This document shows positions 17,268-25,669 of a DNA stretch of 64,000 bases, one piece after another. The notes below the pieces were generated by a model that had not been told where the DNA came from, searched no databases, and worked only from the letters and a program-made list of their open reading frames with translations. The first letter of the stretch is position 1. Each line of letters opens with the position of its first letter. This stretch comes from a virus. The translations under genes were made by a program, and so were the position numbers. The stretch is from the IMG/VR virus record IMGVR_UViG_3300045988_173694; one strand, given 5' to 3'.

Positions 17268-17601
17268 GGCGGGGGCATATATCCAGACGGATCCAGGCAG
17301 GCGGGCAGGGGACAAACGTCTCAGGGCGGCGGGGGTCTCGCGGCTGAATGAAGGTTCTCGGGTTTTCCCAGAGATTGGGATTTCTCTAATTATCAATTAT
17401 TTATCTTCTCCTCTCGGGCGCTAAAAACAAAATGTTATCTCTTGTAAAACCTTAAATGCCAATAGTTTATAGGGGATTTAAAATTATTCAAAAATAATTT
17501 ATACTATCTGAAATCTTAAATAAAAAATACCTAAAATATATACTATCTCATCAAAAAATATATAGAAAAATAAATAAATATATAACTTTTAACTAGAAAT
17601 A

Positions 17602-17633
17602 TTTGCAAAAACCAAATAAATATATTACCTTTG
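17602..17633 (+). promoter_or_regulatory. Consensus Bacteroidota promoter for the XRE gene
   Basis: TTTG (17602-17605) - N20 - TACCTTTG (17626-17633). Confidence 0.65.
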
Positions 17634-17670
17634 CACTGAAAATTAAAGAATATATATAACTAAAGAGATA

Positions 17671-18108
17671 ATGGAAGGAAATAATAAACCAAAATCGGAA
17701 ATCAATCTCCGTAAACTGATGCAGAAATTAGGCTTGGGCACAAATGCTTTTGCCGAGAAATGCGGCATGTCATCGCAATCGATGTCGCAGTTCCTCCGCA
17801 ACAAGTCGTTAACGACAAACACCATCTATCGCATAGCCACAGCTTTGGATATAGACCCTCGTGATATGTTCTTCCCGACAGAGGAGAAGAATGATCTTTT
17901 CTCGAATGCTGATAAGAAAGAGCATGAGGGCGAAACTCTGAATGCTACGCTGGGGGGCGATTTGCCGGAAGGTGTCACCTGCAGAGACGTGAAGTTTGTG
18001 CAGCAGGCAGAAGAAAATCAGCAGCAGATGATTCAGACTTCCACCTTCTGCCCTCACTGCGGCAAGAAAGTAAGAGTGGGAGTGGTACTACTATCGGGGG
18101 AATGTTGA
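17671..18108 (+). CDS. XRE-family HTH regulator with C-terminal zinc-ribbon-like CxxC
   Basis: INLRKLMQKLGLGTNAFAEKCGMSSQSMSQFLRNKSLTTNTIYRIATALDIDPRDMF is a typical HTH_3 domain. C-terminal CPHCGKKV. Confidence 0.75.
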   Translation: MEGNNKPKSEINLRKLMQKLGLGTNAFAEKCGMSSQSMSQFLRNKSLTTNTIYRIATALDIDPRDMFFPTEEKNDLFSNADKKEHEGETLNATLGGDLPEGVTCRDVKFVQQAEENQQQMIQTSTFCPHCGKKVRVGVVLLSGEC

Positions 18109-18175
18109 GTGTTAAATGTTGAATTGCCTACGGACTCAATGGCGCTAGCCTAATTCAACATTCAACATTCAACAT
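18101..18175. repeat. HAP copy 2
   Basis: Same arms and core. Overlaps the XRE stop codon. Confidence 0.9.
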
Positions 18176-18216
18176 AATGATTGATAATGTATAACTCTTA
18201 AAACAAAAATGAAGAA

Positions 18217-19059
18217 ATGAAAAAGAACTTTTTAATGAAGATGAAACGTTCCATGATGGCTATCTTCTCGGTGGTAGCCATGGGAATGATTACGGCTTCG
18301 CTCACGGCTTGCAGCAGCAGCGAGGATGAGAGCGAGAAGGAGGCGGCTAAGGTGAAGGAATATCTTGCCGGAAACGAGTGGACCATCAACAGCACCAGAG
18401 GTACTTATTTCTACTATAAGAACCACATGGTTTACTATGAGGATGGTGGCGATCTGACTCCAGGCGGTTATGTTATCGAGCCTAACACTGCCTTCGGCTA
18501 CTGGCAGATGGAGGGCGACAGGCTTACTACCCGCTTCGAGGTGGGCACACCGAAAAGCTTCAATATCAAGAATCTGCTGAACGAAACTATCTCGGGGGTG
18601 CATCTACAGGAGAGCAACAAGCTTACGGGCAGCGGGACATCGGCGAGCATTGATATGCGTCCGCTGATTGTGGGCACCTTCGCCAACGGCAATGAATGCC
18701 AAATGAGATGCAGCAGAACGCTGGATGATGTTTCTGACGAGACGGACCACGATGTGGCGATAAGGGGCACATGGTATTGCGTCATCACCATTACCAAGGA
18801 CGGAAAGAAAGATCAGCGTATGGGTTCCATGACATTTAATGAGGACGGCACCATGCACATGGTGATAGAGGGTAAGAAAGACTTCACTACCACCTATTCC
18901 ACCAAGAACGGAAAGGTTACTATCAATGGTTATCTGGTAGAGAACCATGTGGCCACCTTCTATTATACGCACCATTACTCTTTCATCAATCTCTATAACT
19001 GCGAAAACGGCTATCTCTCGTCGATATGGAGAAAGAACAGGGATGAAGCATATCAATGA
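18217..19059 (+). CDS. Putative lipoprotein
   Basis: Signal peptide plus lipobox (GMITASLTACSSSEDE). Confidence 0.6.
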   Translation: MKKNFLMKMKRSMMAIFSVVAMGMITASLTACSSSEDESEKEAAKVKEYLAGNEWTINSTRGTYFYYKNHMVYYEDGGDLTPGGYVIEPNTAFGYWQMEGDRLTTRFEVGTPKSFNIKNLLNETISGVHLQESNKLTGSGTSASIDMRPLIVGTFANGNECQMRCSRTLDDVSDETDHDVAIRGTWYCVITITKDGKKDQRMGSMTFNEDGTMHMVIEGKKDFTTTYSTKNGKVTINGYLVENHVATFYYTHHYSFINLYNCENGYLSSIWRKNRDEAYQ

Positions 19060-19075
19060 AAAGGTAAAAAGGTAA

Positions 19076-19182
19076 ATTGAGTGTTGAATGTTGAATGTTG
19101 AATGTTGAATGTTGAATTGCCTGACGGACTCAAGGGCGCTAGCCTAAATCAACACTCAACACTCAACATTCAACACTCAATT
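19076..19182. repeat. HAP copy 3
   Basis: Longest arms. Followed by a T-run on the plus strand, so probably a terminator for the lipoprotein gene. Confidence 0.9.
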
Positions 19183-19183
19183 T

Positions 19184-19657
19184 TTAGGCATCGCCGCCGT
19201 CACCATCGGTTGTGCCGCTGCCTTGAGTGCCGCTGCCCGTTGTGCCGCTACCAGCCGATGAGCCGCCACCTACAGAAGGAGTAACACTGCCCGTGATGTC
19301 GAGGTCGCCCAGCTTCACCTTCATATCATCGGTTACGAGGGTACGGAGGTAGCTATAGGAATTGCCAATCTTGTGCTGGCTGCGGTAAGCCTTCATCACG
19401 AGCTTGTAGCTGTCGCTGCCCTTAGGCTGCTCGGTAGACGGCTTGTTGGCCTTCCACCAGGCTGCGGAAAAACTGCCCTTCGTAGCAAAGAGCTTGCGTA
19501 CCTGCTGCTGCGCCTCGGTATTGGCATCGTGGTAGCCGTGGCGGTCGGAACGGTAGGTCTTGCCCGTCTGCTTGTTTACTGAATAAACCACGCCTTCTTT
19601 AGAGCAGAGCTTGCCGGAAATGGACTGAACGTCGGATGTAAAATTAACTGTTGCCAT
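19184..19657 (-). CDS. Hypothetical protein with Gly/Ser/Thr-rich tail
   Basis: 157 aa. C-terminal GGGSSAGSGTTGSGTQGSGTTDGDGGDA. Confidence 0.55.
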   Translation of the reverse strand: MATVNFTSDVQSISGKLCSKEGVVYSVNKQTGKTYRSDRHGYHDANTEAQQQVRKLFATKGSFSAAWWKANKPSTEQPKGSDSYKLVMKAYRSQHKIGNSYSYLRTLVTDDMKVKLGDLDITGSVTPSVGGGSSAGSGTTGSGTQGSGTTDGDGGDA

Positions 19658-19782
19658 AATCGTAAATCTTTAAATAGTTAAACATTAAATTTACGGAAAA
19701 AGGGGTGCGGGGGAATCGGGCAGACATCCGTGAAACAATTCGCTGCTTTTGCGTGCCGGATGGCTCGGAAACGGGTTCTGGG

Positions 19783-19826
19783 CGAAGCCTATACGAAGCC
19801 TATTCGAAGCCTATTCGAAGCCTAGT
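19783..19826. repeat. 11-bp tandem repeat x4
   Basis: CGAAGCCTATA / CGAAGCCTATT / CGAAGCCTATT / CGAAGCCTAGT, about 130 nt upstream of the ORF starting at 19657. Confidence 0.9.
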
Positions 19827-19983
19827 ATGAGATACCTGAATATCACATCTGATTTTCCATAAGCAAAGATACGAAAAAACTGCGTGAAACATCGGACAAC
19901 ATCTGCAAGAATACTAATAAAAGCCGCTGTTTTTCTCCGATATTCTCTACATATCTCGTTTTTTCTTCGTATCTTTGCACCCG

Positions 19984-20092
19984 CTATTCCCCGTGCGGTC
20001 CACTGCATAGGGGAAAATAATCTTTATAAAGTATTAAAAAACGATGCAGCCCTGCCGTCTGAGATAGATAGCAGGGCTTTTATCGTTTTTTT
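19984..20092 (+). ncRNA. Candidate ~110-nt small RNA
   Basis: -7 box TATCTTTG at 19970-19977. Intrinsic terminator AGCCCTGC...GCAGGGCT (20048-20078) plus a T-run to 20092. No convincing ORF. Confidence 0.4.
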
Positions 20093-20126
20093 GTAACAGA
20101 AACATTGCGCTTTCAGATTATTTTCG

Positions 20127-20134
20127 TAACTTTG
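20127..20134 (+). promoter_or_regulatory. -7 promoter box TAACTTTG
   Basis: 25 nt upstream of the ORF start at 20160. The -33 element is not obvious. Confidence 0.4.
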
Positions 20135-20159
20135 CGGCATAAATCAAAACATTAAGATT

Positions 20160-20447
20160 ATGAAAAAGTTAGAACCATACGAAAATCAAATGGGATACCT
20201 AGTAGGTGGCAGTAGGTTGCCATCTACTCCTGGAGAGCGAGAGTTGGAGCACAAGTGTAATCCGCACCCTAACGACTGGATAGATGGTATCTCTGGTTTC
20301 AACAAACTTCCTTTCGCTGTTAGAATGCAGAAAGGTCTAGTAACGCAAGCAGAAGAGGAACGAAGAAAAGGTAGATATGGCTATCTTAGTGATTTAATTC
20401 CATCTTTCCCTGACGGACGAGAAAAGAATATGGCGGTCACTATGTAG
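20160..20447 (+). CDS. Hypothetical protein
   Basis: 95-aa ORF with its own -7 box. Convergent with the minus-strand genes. Confidence 0.5.
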   Translation: MKKLEPYENQMGYLVGGSRLPSTPGERELEHKCNPHPNDWIDGISGFNKLPFAVRMQKGLVTQAEEERRKGRYGYLSDLIPSFPDGREKNMAVTM

Positions 20448-20465
20448 TAACCGCCTTATCTATTC

Positions 20466-20792
20466 TTATCCTTCGAGTAAATCAACAATCTGACCATAGC
20501 CGCCAACCGCCATGACAGGACAGAGTATATTCTTGATAAGAATAATGTCCTCGGCTTCGATGTCTACGTTCTCAGCATCCTTGCCTATCTTGCAAGCTAC
20601 CCGATAAGCACGCAGCTTGTCTTCACCCGACAGCTGCATGCTCTGATTGTCTATCACTTCGAAGAGCACCTTGGCTACAATATCGCCAATAATCTGCGGC
20701 TTGTAGGTTTCCTCTCCGTTCTCGTTCTTTACTGGTGACACTATCACCTCACCCTTCCAATTCTTGAAAGGCACATTAAAATTCTTTTTCAT
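20466..20792 (-). CDS. Hypothetical protein
   Basis: 108-aa ORF, last in the fibre operon. Confidence 0.55.
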   Translation of the reverse strand: MKKNFNVPFKNWKGEVIVSPVKNENGEETYKPQIIGDIVAKVLFEVIDNQSMQLSGEDKLRAYRVACKIGKDAENVDIEAEDIILIKNILCPVMAVGGYGQIVDLLEG

Positions 20793-20813
20793 ATTTATTG
20801 TTTTTAAAAAAAA

Positions 20814-21986
20814 TTATACACCAATATTCCACATCAGCCTCCAGTTGTATCCTGTATACACGACACATACCATCTCGTTCTGTGTTTTTAACGTAAAAAA
20901 TGTGGTAACGCCACCAGGAGTATAAATCTGCGTACCGTCGGTCGTCTTCATAGAGTAATCGTGCCTGGTTGACCTTATAATCCAATACATCTGTCCTATT
21001 TCCGGGTTCGTGGGCAGACTGATTGTTACCGGACCAACCTCCACTGATGTATCTTCGCCTGTAATACTGTTGTGCTTCTTCCAGGTTTCAACAATTTCTA
21101 CTACTACATCATATTTTGACAACGTCTGGCTTGACGTAATAATCCTGAAGCAAGGTCTGAATCCGGCAAAATCACCTTTATCACAAAATATTGCATGATT
21201 ACCGCAAGGATATACCGAGTTAACGATGCCTGTATCTCTCGAAAGCCTATCTATATTACCAGAGGCTGAAACATACAATGCGATATTCTTTAAATTTGCT
21301 ATGCCAATATTACCGCCATAAGATGGTGTTGCATGGTCGTACTTAACAACTATCTGCTGACCAACATAGTCCAATCCATATTTCCAGTTAGCTCCGATTA
21401 TATTATCAATGCCATGAGTTTTGTTATCGAAGGAAATATACCCTGGTGTAAGCATGACTTTGTTTTGTCCGTTGATTCCATCTATACTGGTCTTTCCTAT
21501 ATTGAATCCACCTATATATCCGCTCGTAGCATACATTGCTCCCTCGCTCGATACGTAGAACGAAGCATTTTTAGCATTATCCGCACCAACAAAGAGAGGG
21601 GCATAGGTATTATCATCTATCTTACAAGCATCAATATTCTCGATATTGCCGAAATATCCCACCTTGGTCGTTCCATCCTCAGACTTCGCCCAAAGATGCT
21701 TAACCTCGATAGCATCCGCATCAATAAGGTTAGCATTGAGTTTGCCATCTTGCGCAAAAAGGGCAACAGAATCTTTATTGTAAATAGTAACTTTATCGCC
21801 CTTAATAGCAACTTGATTTTCGCTAATAACAATACCAGCCGCCCCCAAGTCCTTAACCAACTGAGTAAAGTTCCCAATAGGCGTGCTCTCATTCGTAGCA
21901 GTAATGAGACGGACAATCTCCGTCTCACTGGCTGTCTTAGGCTTTCTGCCTACCCTTACAACACCTTGCACACTATGTCCTGCCAT
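20814..21986 (-). CDS. Tail-fibre-like protein
   Basis: 390 aa. KLNANLIDADAIEVKHLWAKSEDG-type motif and repetitive beta-rich composition typical of fibre proteins. Confidence 0.5.
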   Translation of the reverse strand: MAGHSVQGVVRVGRKPKTASETEIVRLITATNESTPIGNFTQLVKDLGAAGIVISENQVAIKGDKVTIYNKDSVALFAQDGKLNANLIDADAIEVKHLWAKSEDGTTKVGYFGNIENIDACKIDDNTYAPLFVGADNAKNASFYVSSEGAMYATSGYIGGFNIGKTSIDGINGQNKVMLTPGYISFDNKTHGIDNIIGANWKYGLDYVGQQIVVKYDHATPSYGGNIGIANLKNIALYVSASGNIDRLSRDTGIVNSVYPCGNHAIFCDKGDFAGFRPCFRIITSSQTLSKYDVVVEIVETWKKHNSITGEDTSVEVGPVTISLPTNPEIGQMYWIIRSTRHDYSMKTTDGTQIYTPGGVTTFFTLKTQNEMVCVVYTGYNWRLMWNIGV

Positions 21987-22004
21987 AGTATACCTCCTTT
22001 CTTT

Positions 22005-22427
22005 TTATACGTTAGCGTTAATTAACTCAACTGCCTTTCTCGCAATTTCCTTGGCATGTATGCGCCATTCCTGCATCTCCTTATACTCTGCAAGATACTC
22101 CTCACACTTGCTTTCGTCCAAGTCAATAGATGCCACAGCACTATTCTGAGCCAGCTCGAAGTTAAGACGAATAGCATCCATCTTGTCGGAAGGGTACTTG
22201 TCTTCGATGATGGCAGACACGATAGCGTCATAGCTGCGGATGCCGCCACGAAGCTCGATGTATTCACCTTGACAAGAGTTCTCTAACATCATGTGCATAC
22301 CATCATTACTATCTTCTGATTTCTGCTCGATACGAACAAAATCATAAGCTACTTGAAGGTAGTTACCCGAAACTAAAACCTTCACATTATCCTTTGGCAA
22401 TTCTGCCATTGTGCATTGTATCTTCAT
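22005..22427 (-). CDS. Hypothetical protein downstream of the RT
   Basis: 140-aa ORF. Does not look like a four-helix-bundle Avd. Confidence 0.55.
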   Translation of the reverse strand: MKIQCTMAELPKDNVKVLVSGNYLQVAYDFVRIEQKSEDSNDGMHMMLENSCQGEYIELRGGIRSYDAIVSAIIEDKYPSDKMDAIRLNFELAQNSAVASIDLDESKCEEYLAEYKEMQEWRIHAKEIARKAVELINANV

Positions 22428-22447
22428 AATCTGATAATTTAAAATTG

Positions 22448-23929
22448 TTAATCCAAATCATAAGTATATCTGCCACCTTTGTCTACTCTAAAGAGGAAAG
22501 TATCATTAACCGGCAGCAGATTCTTCTCCCTTACTTCTTTGAGCTTCAGTCTTATGAGCTTCGAAGACGTACAGAACTTATATTCTGTTCCAGGAGCATC
22601 TTTCATTTCGTACAGAACCCAACATCGGCCGCTCTTGCCGTTCACTTCAACATCATCTTCAAAGTCTAATATATTGATGATGGAGTGATTCTGACACAAC
22701 ATCGTCTGATTATACTCTGGTACAGAAAATATACGTTTTCCGTTCTTGTCTACCGAGTATTTCGGTGATACAATTCCAATATCCTTAAAACTCATATTCT
22801 TTTTTCTTTTAAATTCGTTTTTATAATTTTCGGGGTAATCTCCAACAATCTTCTTCCAAAGATGCTTGCACTTGCCCCACCTTGCTATTCCCCAATACGC
22901 TCCGATAAGTTCCTGTCGCCTTTTACGGCTCTTAACCCTACCGAAAGACTTTGCCGCCTTAACCTTTGTCCGTCTGCGCATCCTTATGTTATTTCGAGAA
23001 TAGACGTAACCGACAAAATCTAGATTTCTGCCTTTCACGCCTTTCTCTTCGTCATGCAGCTCCGCTACGTGACCGCTAGCTTTCAGACAGAACCCATATT
23101 GATTGCACCAGTAATCCAATCTTCCGAGTAATCGAATAGCTTCTTCCTTTGTTTCAGCGAAGAAGGTAATATCGTCACAATGCCGATGATAGCCTTTTGC
23201 ATGCTCGATATGTACCATAGCGTAGTCTACCAAGCTCAATGCAAGATTGCCTAGCATCTGACCGATAGGATTACCGAGTGTTACACCTCGCCTGCATCCA
23301 AGGTACTTCATTCCACCCTTATCTGCCCAAATGCAGTACTTCTGCTTGCGCTCGTATTCTTCTATCATCAGAGGTTCAATCTCTACAGAATAATCGAGCA
23401 TGGTCTGCTCTATCAAGTCGATGAATAAATCATCGTCTATATACCGCCTGAGTATTATAAGCAGAACAGGATGAGGTATTGTCAGATAATACTTTCTGAG
23501 GTCTCCTTGCCCATAATAAGCCCATTTCGGATGCCTTCTGATAGCTCGTTGTGTTCTCAATGCACCGAATACTTGACCTTTACCTTTTCTGCCAGCACTC
23601 GAATCGTATATAAGCACTCGTTCAACTATCGGTTCGAGCACTATTTTGATAGCGTGAAAGAGAACATTCCAAGGGTCGAAGTGCATAGGGCATATCTTTC
23701 TTGCCTTATTCTCAGATACTATGTCAACCTCCTTATATTCCTTCTTAGGATAAATGCCGAGAATGAGCATATTCTGTATGCGGTCGATAATCTTATCCTT
23801 ATCTCGGATATATCTCCTAGCGAACCATGTGTTCTTATCATCTAACGCATTATAGGCATCATCACCGCCCTGTTCCAATGTTTCCCTCTTTACGAGTTCA
23901 TTCATCAGATTCTTTACCTTTGCTGTCAT
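22448..23929 (-). CDS. DGR reverse transcriptase (atypical, with C-terminal extension)
   Basis: RT motifs RKICPMHFDPWNVLFHAIKIVLEP, GDLRKYYLTIPH, GVTLGNPIGQMLGNLAL and HCDDITFF (where YxDD is expected). 220 nt downstream of the TR on the same strand. Confidence 0.85.
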   Translation of the reverse strand: MTAKVKNLMNELVKRETLEQGGDDAYNALDDKNTWFARRYIRDKDKIIDRIQNMLILGIYPKKEYKEVDIVSENKARKICPMHFDPWNVLFHAIKIVLEPIVERVLIYDSSAGRKGKGQVFGALRTQRAIRRHPKWAYYGQGDLRKYYLTIPHPVLLIILRRYIDDDLFIDLIEQTMLDYSVEIEPLMIEEYERKQKYCIWADKGGMKYLGCRRGVTLGNPIGQMLGNLALSLVDYAMVHIEHAKGYHRHCDDITFFAETKEEAIRLLGRLDYWCNQYGFCLKASGHVAELHDEEKGVKGRNLDFVGYVYSRNNIRMRRRTKVKAAKSFGRVKSRKRRQELIGAYWGIARWGKCKHLWKKIVGDYPENYKNEFKRKKNMSFKDIGIVSPKYSVDKNGKRIFSVPEYNQTMLCQNHSIINILDFEDDVEVNGKSGRCWVLYEMKDAPGTEYKFCTSSKLIRLKLKEVREKNLLPVNDTFLFRVDKGGRYTYDLD

Positions 23930-24150
23930 TTTGTTTTGTATTTAAAGCCTATTGCTTTTTTGCCGCTTTGCCCGTGACTTTGTTCTGCTCGTACAACTGA
24001 GCCGATTACTTCACCACGCTTGCTCTCCATTCAGCGAATACAGAGAGCCTTTCCGCTGTTATTTTCTGACTAGGCTATTGAAACCCACGTCAAGGTTTGA
24101 GAGACTCGCTTCTTCATATATCCATACCCCATAGATTATTGATTCAGCGA

Positions 24151-24260
24151 TTATAAATAAGTGAGACGCACACCGTAGTTCGTATTGCGATTGCCGAAGT
24201 CGTTATTCGAATTGACGTAGAACGAGCCGCAGTTAAGCGCATTCCTGGCGTTACCACCAA
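24151..24260 (-). repeat. DGR template repeat (TR)
   Basis: 110 bp, gapless match to 24411-24520. All 15 differences lie at TR adenines (coding-strand sense). Confidence 0.9.
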
Positions 24261-24360
24261 AGAGGAGCAAAATGTCTCTCGCCACCTTTTTTATTTATTT
24301 TTCTTTATTCTCTATTGACACCATTTTTGCTTCGGTGGAGCAAGCTCCACATCGGGTGTC

Positions 24361-24379
24361 GCAGACCCTACAGGTCTGC
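24361..24379. other. GC hairpin at the 3' end of the DGR target gene
   Basis: GCAGACC-CTACA-GGTCTGC, straddling the stop codon 24368-24370. Confidence 0.7.
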
Positions 24380-25642
24380 TCCGTTTACGTATGTCGGATT
24401 TCCGCAAAAAGCGAGACGCACACCGAAGCTCGGATTGCGACAGCCGAAGCCGTCACCCGAATTGACGCAGAACGAGCCGCAGAGAAGCGCATTCCAGGCG
24501 TCACCACCAAAGAGGAGCAACTGCCCAGTGCTGTTTGCCCATGAGTAGTCACAATAGTAGTTTGCGCTGTTCGAATTATCAACGTTGATATTCTTAGGCA
24601 TGATGTCGAAGAAGTCTCCGAGAACAAGGCTCAGTACACCGCCACTTCTAGTGTTACGTGTGAACGTGCGATAATCACCGACAGGATGACCAGTAAGCTC
24701 AGAAGCAGAAGGCATTCTGTTGCCTTTGTAGACGAAGGCTTCCGAACCAGTCTGACCGCTATTGTTGCTACTACCGAAGTAGATGCCTTGTATCATCTGC
24801 CAATACCATCCCCAAGGGTTCTCGATACCGAAGAGGTTCACATGGCATGCGTCAGCGTTTCCTGTTAACTCAGCCAAGCTGATTTTACCATTATTATCTC
24901 CAAGGCTCTTAGTAGCACCCGTTGTAAGACCATTAACCTTATCCCATAAATTAGCACTACCTGTAGGACCACAACCGAACTTAGCCTGTGAGTTGCTGTT
25001 TTCGCTCTCCCACAAAACGAGCATAGGAATAATCTTCAATGTCTCATAGTCGAGCAGACCGAAGTTCTTACCGTTGTTACGTGCATAAGTAAAGAAATCA
25101 CTGATTGATATATTGTTCGATACGCCAAGTCCACTACGGCTTACAAGCTTATTGTTAACAATACTAGCCATGTATGCGCCAAAGGTAGGATGGTCGATAT
25201 AATGCTCAGAGATAGGATAAGTAGAACCCCACAGGATATTGCATCCTGCTGACGCATCGTACTTCACAAGATAGTAGAGACGATGAGGGGTATGGAACAT
25301 GATATGACCCTTAGTCTCATCAACGGTTGTGCCATCCTCGAATACAGCAGAGTTGCTACGAGACAATTTAGCCATTCTTCCATCGTTAGTAAGCAAATAT
25401 CGACCGAGTGATGATTTGAACTCATTCCACTTTGTCTGATTACCGCAAACTCCCCATTGCGTATCGTCTGTCTCTTTAAGATATGTTCCCCAAGCAATAA
25501 GCGAGAGGTCAAGCTGGTTAGTACTGATAGAGTTAGCCAAGTCAGACAGCTTGATACGTCTGAGAGAGCCGCCAACCTCTATCAATAAGGTATCACCCTT
25601 AACCATTGATGATACCGATGCTACAGTTGCAAGATTTTTCAT
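24368..25642 (-). CDS. DGR variable target protein (putative receptor-binding tail protein)
   Basis: The VR encodes the C-terminal FGGDAWNALLCGSFCVNSGDGFGCRNPSFGVRLA, which resembles the C-type-lectin-fold ends of DGR targets. Located in the fibre module. Confidence 0.85.
   Translation of the reverse strand: MKNLATVASVSSMVKGDTLLIEVGGSLRRIKLSDLANSISTNQLDLSLIAWGTYLKETDDTQWGVCGNQTKWNEFKSSLGRYLLTNDGRMAKLSRSNSAVFEDGTTVDETKGHIMFHTPHRLYYLVKYDASAGCNILWGSTYPISEHYIDHPTFGAYMASIVNNKLVSRSGLGVSNNISISDFFTYARNNGKNFGLLDYETLKIIPMLVLWESENSNSQAKFGCGPTGSANLWDKVNGLTTGATKSLGDNNGKISLAELTGNADACHVNLFGIENPWGWYWQMIQGIYFGSSNNSGQTGSEAFVYKGNRMPSASELTGHPVGDYRTFTRNTRSGGVLSLVLGDFFDIMPKNINVDNSNSANYYCDYSWANSTGQLLLFGGDAWNALLCGSFCVNSGDGFGCRNPSFGVRLAFCGNPTYVNGADL
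24411..24520 (-). repeat. DGR variable repeat (VR)
   Basis: See TR. Ends 40 nt before the stop codon. Confidence 0.9.
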
Positions 25643-25669
25643 ATTTTGCTATTTTTATATGTTACTAAA

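Noticed and set aside
16814-17424. Three overlapping plus-strand ORFs (94, 175 and 145 aa) with repetitive SWV/CSLVSRGCVPHLVG peptides
   Set aside because: They are read-through translations of the 41-bp tandem array in all three frames. The repeat itself explains them, so there is no independent coding signal.
20776-20985. 69-aa minus-strand ORF overlapping the 3' end of the fibre-like gene
   Set aside because: It is nested out of frame inside and across the 390-aa and 108-aa genes, with no independent signals.
22448-23929. RT as a retron, group II intron or defence-associated RT
   Set aside because: The adjacent TR/VR pair with adenine-specific mismatches and the position at the end of a tail-fibre gene identify it as a DGR RT. 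No intron-like RNA domains or msr/msd-like inverted repeats were seen.
23930-24367. Search for an Avd accessory gene between the DGR target and the RT
   Set aside because: No minus-strand ORF of 60 aa or more exists there. The plus-strand ORFs 23952..24134, 24272..24544 and 24315..24548 overlap the TR/VR on the wrong strand and look spurious.
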